Below, piece after piece: positions 58,454 to 64,000 of a DNA stretch of 64,000 nucleotides (positions within the stretch are counted from its first letter, which is position 1; each line of letters opens with the position of its first letter). The stretch is taken from positions 26,970,001 through 27,034,000 of the forward strand of contig OZ024756.1 of assembly GCA_964016885.1 (NCBI GenBank), given 5' to 3'. Origin of the DNA: Eledone cirrhosa. Taxonomy: Eukaryota. The position numbers and the translations under genes were made by a program. Below the pieces are notes generated by a model. It saw only the letters and a list, made by a program, of their open reading frames with translations. It was not told the DNA's origin and ran no database searches.

Positions 58454-58750
58454 AATAATGTATGTGTTGGTATGTATATTGTATTTGATAGTTTGTATAA
58501 TTTTGTATAATTTTGTACATAGATCTGTTTAATATGCATGCCAATTCTAACACATATATGTCCTAGAAACGATCGTTAAATAATGAACTTTTTTTGTTTA
58601 ATATAAGGAACTGTTTCATTGTTTTATTCATTATTTTTTTAATACTGTATATATATATATATATATTTATATATAAAGTAATAATAAATGTGAAGACTAA
58701 AATTGGAAGAGGGCTCAATAAGGATTATATATATATATAATATATATATA

Positions 58751-58915
58751 CCGTATTTCCTGGTGTTGAAGACGCTATTTTTCCCCTAAAATAAGCCTAA
58801 AAAAATCTACCATGCGTTCAGGAGGCCGAAGGTTGTTTATTATTTCTTTTCAAACTTTTGGTTGTCAAAAATAGTGTCCTCGAGGATGAAGCATCGTCAG
58901 CGCCGGGAAATACGG
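58751..58915. mobile_element. Tc2/pogo-like MITE
   Basis: TIRs CCGTATTTCC / GGAAATACGG with TA on both sides. Confidence 0.8.
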
Positions 58916-59529
58916 TATATAAAAACCAGTAGAGCAAATATTTATTATAAGAACAGATGAAATTTTAAGCAAAGAATCGCTGCTTTCACTCTTAACGGGA
59001 TCTTCTGAAACTGAAAAAAAATCAATCTGTGGACACAGAAGTAAATATTTCAAAAAAATGTTACAACCAAAGGAAAACAGGAAGACGATACTTTGCTTTG
59101 TGAAGACGTTCTCTGGTGATGGACGGAAAAATGTGAGGATAATTACGTCGTTATGTGGAGCGAGAAGAACAATTTCTTGTAAAGACAAAAACACATTTAT
59201 ACTATAAAAGAAATCATTAGACTAACAAGTGTAGTACCAGGAAAAAACAGGAATAACTACACAGGAAGAATTGGTCAGCAGAAATTTATTGCACACACAG
59301 ATGCACACACACACACATACACTGTATGTGATATATAAATGTCTATTGTTACAATTACACCATATTGAAATATCTCATTGTATAATTCTGGGATTAAGTT
59401 GCAATCTAAAATATCAACCAAGATGTATAATGGTTAATTTAAGATTTTTCCATATCATTTTCTTACTAAGACCATGTTGGTCTGTGTTAGTAAAACTAAG
59501 TGTGATTTAATACTTAACGCTGTTTGTGT

Positions 59530-59790
59530 TACATTATGGAGTTTGTATTTCTCGGTCACAAACTATCATCAAACAAGAATGGAATGGTTGCTGTGCAGTA
59601 TCACATCGCTCTAGGTTGGGTAGCTTTCAAAAAGAAAAAGGAAGTACTAACATTAAAACGAGTTTCCTATCATTTGAAGGCTAAGATCTTTGATACTTAC
59701 ATCCTACCAGTTGTGTTATATGGTCTTGACTGAGTTAATTGGACTACAAGGTCACTTCAGAAGCTCTTTACATTCGATATTAGCCTTCAA
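59530..59790 (+). mobile_element. RTE LINE RT C-terminal fragment
   Basis: EFVFLGHKLS...HIALGWVAF...LKAKIFDTYILPVVLYG. Confidence 0.7.
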
Positions 59791-60044
59791 ATGATAGGAA
59801 ATTCGTTTAGTCTGGTGAAGAGGCTAAGTGAAACCCCAGCAGCACAAAACAAGAGCTGTCAGACAAAAAAAAAAAGTACAATGAAGATGAGAAAAGGTCC
59901 TTAGATTTTGAAGAGTTAATGACAGGGAGACAAGTGAGGTGAAAAGTGGTGGATGTTTGTGTGTGTCCACTCTCAACTGTGAACCTAATATCAACACCGT
60001 ACTGCACTCCTTGTTTTTGTTATGTTCCTTGCCAATATATATAT

Positions 60045-60320
60045 GACCGGGTGATGTGTTGTTTCCTTGAGCAAGGCACTTTATTTCACATTGCTCCAGT
60101 TTACTCAGATGTAGAAATGAGATGATAGGGACTGGGGTCCTTATCATTCCACTGCAAAGTGGATGTGGAGGTGCCACGGAAAAAAAAAAGCACCCAGCAC
60201 TCACTGTAAATGAGGTTGGTGTTAGGAAGGGCATCCAGCTGTAGAAATCAAGCCAGAATCAGTTCCCATCCCACCCTTGCAAGCAGGGAAAAGTGGACAT
60301 AAAATGATGATGATGATGAT
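60045..60320 (+). mobile_element. CORE-type SINE with (ATG)n tail, head truncated
   Basis: Reverse-complement match to 62135-62428. Confidence 0.75.
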
Positions 60321-60332
60321 ATATATATATAC

Positions 60333-60665
60333 AATAATATTAAATAAATGGAAAATATATTTATAAAACCATATTTATTCTATTATATATATTTCAAGGG
60401 TACCAAAAACTTTGGTTCGCTTTCATCAGATAAAATACAAAGTGTGTTTTATAAATTTTGACATAGCCAAGAAACATACCTTAATGGTTGAAATTTTCCT
60501 TGGAAAATTATCCAAGGAAAATTTCAACCGTTAAGGTATGTTCCTTGGCTATGTCACACTTTGTATTTTATCTGATGAAAGCATACCAAAGTTTTGGTAC
60601 CCTTGAAATATATATAATAGAATAAATATGGTTTTATAAATATAGTTTCCATTTATTTAATATCA
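60333..60665. mobile_element. Tail-out palindrome with a hammerhead-like core in each arm
   Basis: CTGATGA-aag..accaaa..tttggt..ctt-GAAA at ~60572-60608 (+) and ~60392-60430 (-); centre ~60508. Confidence 0.75.
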
Positions 60666-60919
60666 TTGAATATTATACTCCAGAAAACTTGTCGAGTGCT
60701 CTGAATCAGTTATAAATATTTATATTTGTTGAATTACCAACAAATTGAATATCCCTTTTGCTTATATATACATATATATATATTTTCATCATCATCATCT
60801 AACGTCCATTTTCCATGCTAGCAAGGGTTAGATGCAAGTTGGGTTGGGTGACCATGTCTTGCTCATATAGAACTGTTTCTCGATAGGTTTCTACGGCTGA
60901 ATGCCCTTCCAAACTCCAA

Positions 60920-61640
60920 CCACATTTACAGTGTGTGCATTTTGCCGTGACTCCTATACTACCACTTTACAGTGTGTGCATTATGCCGTGACTCCTATAC
61001 TACCACTTTACAGTGTGTGCATTATGCCGTGACTCCTATACTACCACATTACAGTGTGTGCATTATGCCGTGACTCCTATACTACCACTTTACAGTGTGT
61101 GCATTTTGCCGTGACTCCTATACTACCACATTACAGTGTGTGCATTTTGCCGTGACTCCTATACTACCACATTTACAGTGTGTGCATTTTGCCGTGACTC
61201 CTATACTACCACATTTACAGTGTGTGCATTTTGCCGTGACTCCTATACTACCACATTTACAGTGTGTGCATTTTGCCGTGACTCCTATACTACCACATTA
61301 CAGTGCGTGCATTTTGCCGTGACTCCTATACTACCACTTTACAGTGTGTGCATTATGCCGTGACTCCTATACTACCACATTACAGTGTGTGCATTTTGCC
61401 ATGACTCCTATACTACCACTTTACAGTGTATGCATTTTGCCGTGACTCCTATACTACCACTTTACAGTGTGTGCATTTTGCCGTGACTCCTATACTACCA
61501 CTTTACAGTGTGTGCATTTTGCCATGACTCCTATACTACCACTTTACAGTGTGTGCATTTTGCCGTGACTCCTATACTACCACTTTACAGTGTGGTGTTT
61601 TTTGTCATGACACCTACGTGACCACTTTACAGCGTAGGCT
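60920..61640. repeat. 41/42-bp minisatellite x~16 arising inside a SINE (60787-60930, minus strand)
   Basis: Unit ttacagtgtgtgcattttgccgtgactcctatactaccact. Confidence 0.9.
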
Positions 61641-62134
61641 GGGTGTTTGGTGCTTGTATGTATATATATATATATATATATACACACACATATGTTAACA
61701 TTGTATATATATATATATTCTTAATTTGATATTTTTGTACACTGATATAAATCTAAAAAAATAATCTTTATTACCTTTCTAAGTATTACAGAAGTACTTA
61801 TATATATATATATATATATATAGGCTATCATTGAAATAATGTGTTTCTGGGATTGTATGTATGTTTGTGAATGTATGTGCATACATATGTATGTATGTTT
61901 GAATGTATGAATGTATATATATATATATGTACGTATGAATGTATGTTCTTTTTTTTATTTTCTAAATTCTTACCTATATATATATATATATATATATATA
62001 TAGGTAAGAATTTAGAAAATAAAAAAAAAAGAACATACATACATACGTACATATATATACATACATTCAAACATACATACACACATATATATATATAAAT
62101 GAATGAAGAATGGCGTGCTGCGTTGTTATATATA

Positions 62135-62428
62135 TATCATCATTTCATTTTACGTCCGCTTTTTCCCTACTTGCAAGAGTGGGACGGGAACTGATTTTGG
62201 CTTGATTTCTACAGCTGGATGCCCTTCCTAACACCAACCTCATTTACAGTGAGTGCTGGGTGCTTTTTTGCCGTGGCAGCTCCACAACCACTTTACAGCT
62301 GAGTAAACTGGAGCAATGTGAAATAAAGTGTCTTGCTCAAAGAAACAACACAGCACCCGGTCTGAGAATTAAACTCACAACCTTTCGATTGCAAGGCCAA
62401 TGCTCTAACCACTAAGCCATGTGCCTCC
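62135..62428 (-). mobile_element. Full-length tRNA-derived CORE-type SINE
   Basis: Head ggaggcacatggcttagtggttagagc, degenerate B box, CORE-like segment, (ATG)n tail. Confidence 0.8.
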
Positions 62429-62439
62429 ATATATATATA

Positions 62440-62493
<54 letters not shown>

Positions 62494-63371
62494 TGTGTGT
62501 ATGTGTGTATATATGTGTGTGTGTATGTATGTGTGTGTGTGTATATATATGTATGTGTGTGTGTGTGTATGTGTGTGTGTGTATATGTGTATGTGTGTAT
62601 ATGTGTGTGTGTATATGTGTGTGTGTGTGTATATGTGTGTGTGTATATATGTGTGTGTGTGTGTGTATATATGTGTGTGTGTATATATGTGTGTGTGTGT
62701 GTGTGTGTATGTGTGTGTATATATATATGTATGTATATGTATATATATGTGTGTATATATATATGTATGTATATGTATATATATATGTATGTATATGTAT
62801 ATATATATGTATATATATGTATATATATATGTATATATATATACATATATATATATGGAGAGATAGAGAGAGACTGATTCTAACAAAGAAACATTACTCT
62901 TACATTGAAATTTAGACATTGTGTGTGTGCGCTCATGTTTGTATGTGTGTGTGTATGTGAGTTACGGATTGAATTATGGGAGTTGGTCTCTGTGTGTGTG
63001 TGTGTGTGTGAGTTATGGAGTGAATTTTGGGAGTTTGTATGTGTGTGTATGCGTGCACATGTTTGTGTGTGTGTGTGTGCTGGTGCATGTGTATCTGTAT
63101 GTTTTCAGTTACATGGGTGCCACTTATTCATTTCTGAATCTATGTGTGTGTATATGCATTTATTACATGCAAAATGTTTGGAATGTATATATATATATAT
63201 ATGTACCTATGTGTGTACCTATGTATGTATGTGTGTACATATGTATGTGTGTACATATGTATGTATATATGTTTTATCAACTCCGTGGGGATGAAAGGGA
63301 AGGTTGATCCCGGTGGGTTTTGAGCTCGGAATGTAGAGGGCCATAGCTCTATGCTGTAAAGCAATTATAAT

Positions 63372-63560
63372 AATTGTTTCTACTTTTGGCACAAGGCCAG
63401 CAATTATCCCAGTGCATTACTGGTACTTTATTTTATCGACCCCGTAAGGATGAAAGGCGAAGTTAACCTCGGCGGGATTTGAACTCAGAATGGCAAGGGC
63501 CGTAACTCTATGCATCAAAGCATGGTGTCCGACCCTCTACCGATACTGCCAATCCACCGC
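63372..63560 (-). mobile_element. tRNA-derived SINE (main family)
   Basis: Reverse complement of the SINE at 9279. Confidence 0.85.
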
Positions 63561-63667
63561 CATCACAGATACTGACTGAACAGTAACACACGAACGGCTT
63601 CAATTATATGAACTCTTTCGAAAGTCAACAGCTGACATAATCTTGTATCAGTAATGACGGTAATATA

Positions 63668-63739
<72 letters not shown>

Positions 63740-63767
63740 TTTATATATATATATATATATATATAAA

Positions 63768-63849
<82 letters not shown>

Positions 63850-63851
63850 TA

Positions 63852-63893
<42 letters not shown>

Positions 63894-63895
63894 TA

Positions 63896-63937
<42 letters not shown>

Positions 63938-63943
63938 TATATA

Positions 63944-63985
<42 letters not shown>

Positions 63986-64000
63986 TATATATATAAATAT

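Noticed and set aside
62360-62428. tRNA gene (also SINE heads at 9279, 20276, and ggttcgactccc at 26771)
   Set aside because: A/B-box-like motifs continue into SINE bodies or lack a cloverleaf.

Overview
AT-rich, microsatellite-saturated animal DNA that reads as intronic or intergenic. The SINE families and (TA)n/(CA)n density resemble an octopod cephalopod; this is inferred, not verified. No intact protein-coding gene or exon is supported, and nearly all ORF-track entries are translated microsatellites. The window holds tRNA-derived SINEs, decayed LINEs (RTE, CRE, Tx1/L1, CR1/L2/Jockey-like), Tc1, hAT, pogo, Merlin-like and Helitron relics, and about 10 minisatellites. The main unexplained signal is a set of roughly 10 unrelated short element families sitting inside (TA)n tracts. 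They often form tail-out palindromes, and many carry a type I hammerhead ribozyme fold (stem I-CUGANGA-stem II-GAAA-short or palindromic stem III-UH-stem I'), often followed by AATAAA. About 15-20 such motifs are visible in 64 kb. This fits the ends of Penelope-like retroelements or retrozymes that target (TA)n, with inversion breakpoints clustering in or just 5' of the ribozyme. All calls were made by eye and no database search was run.
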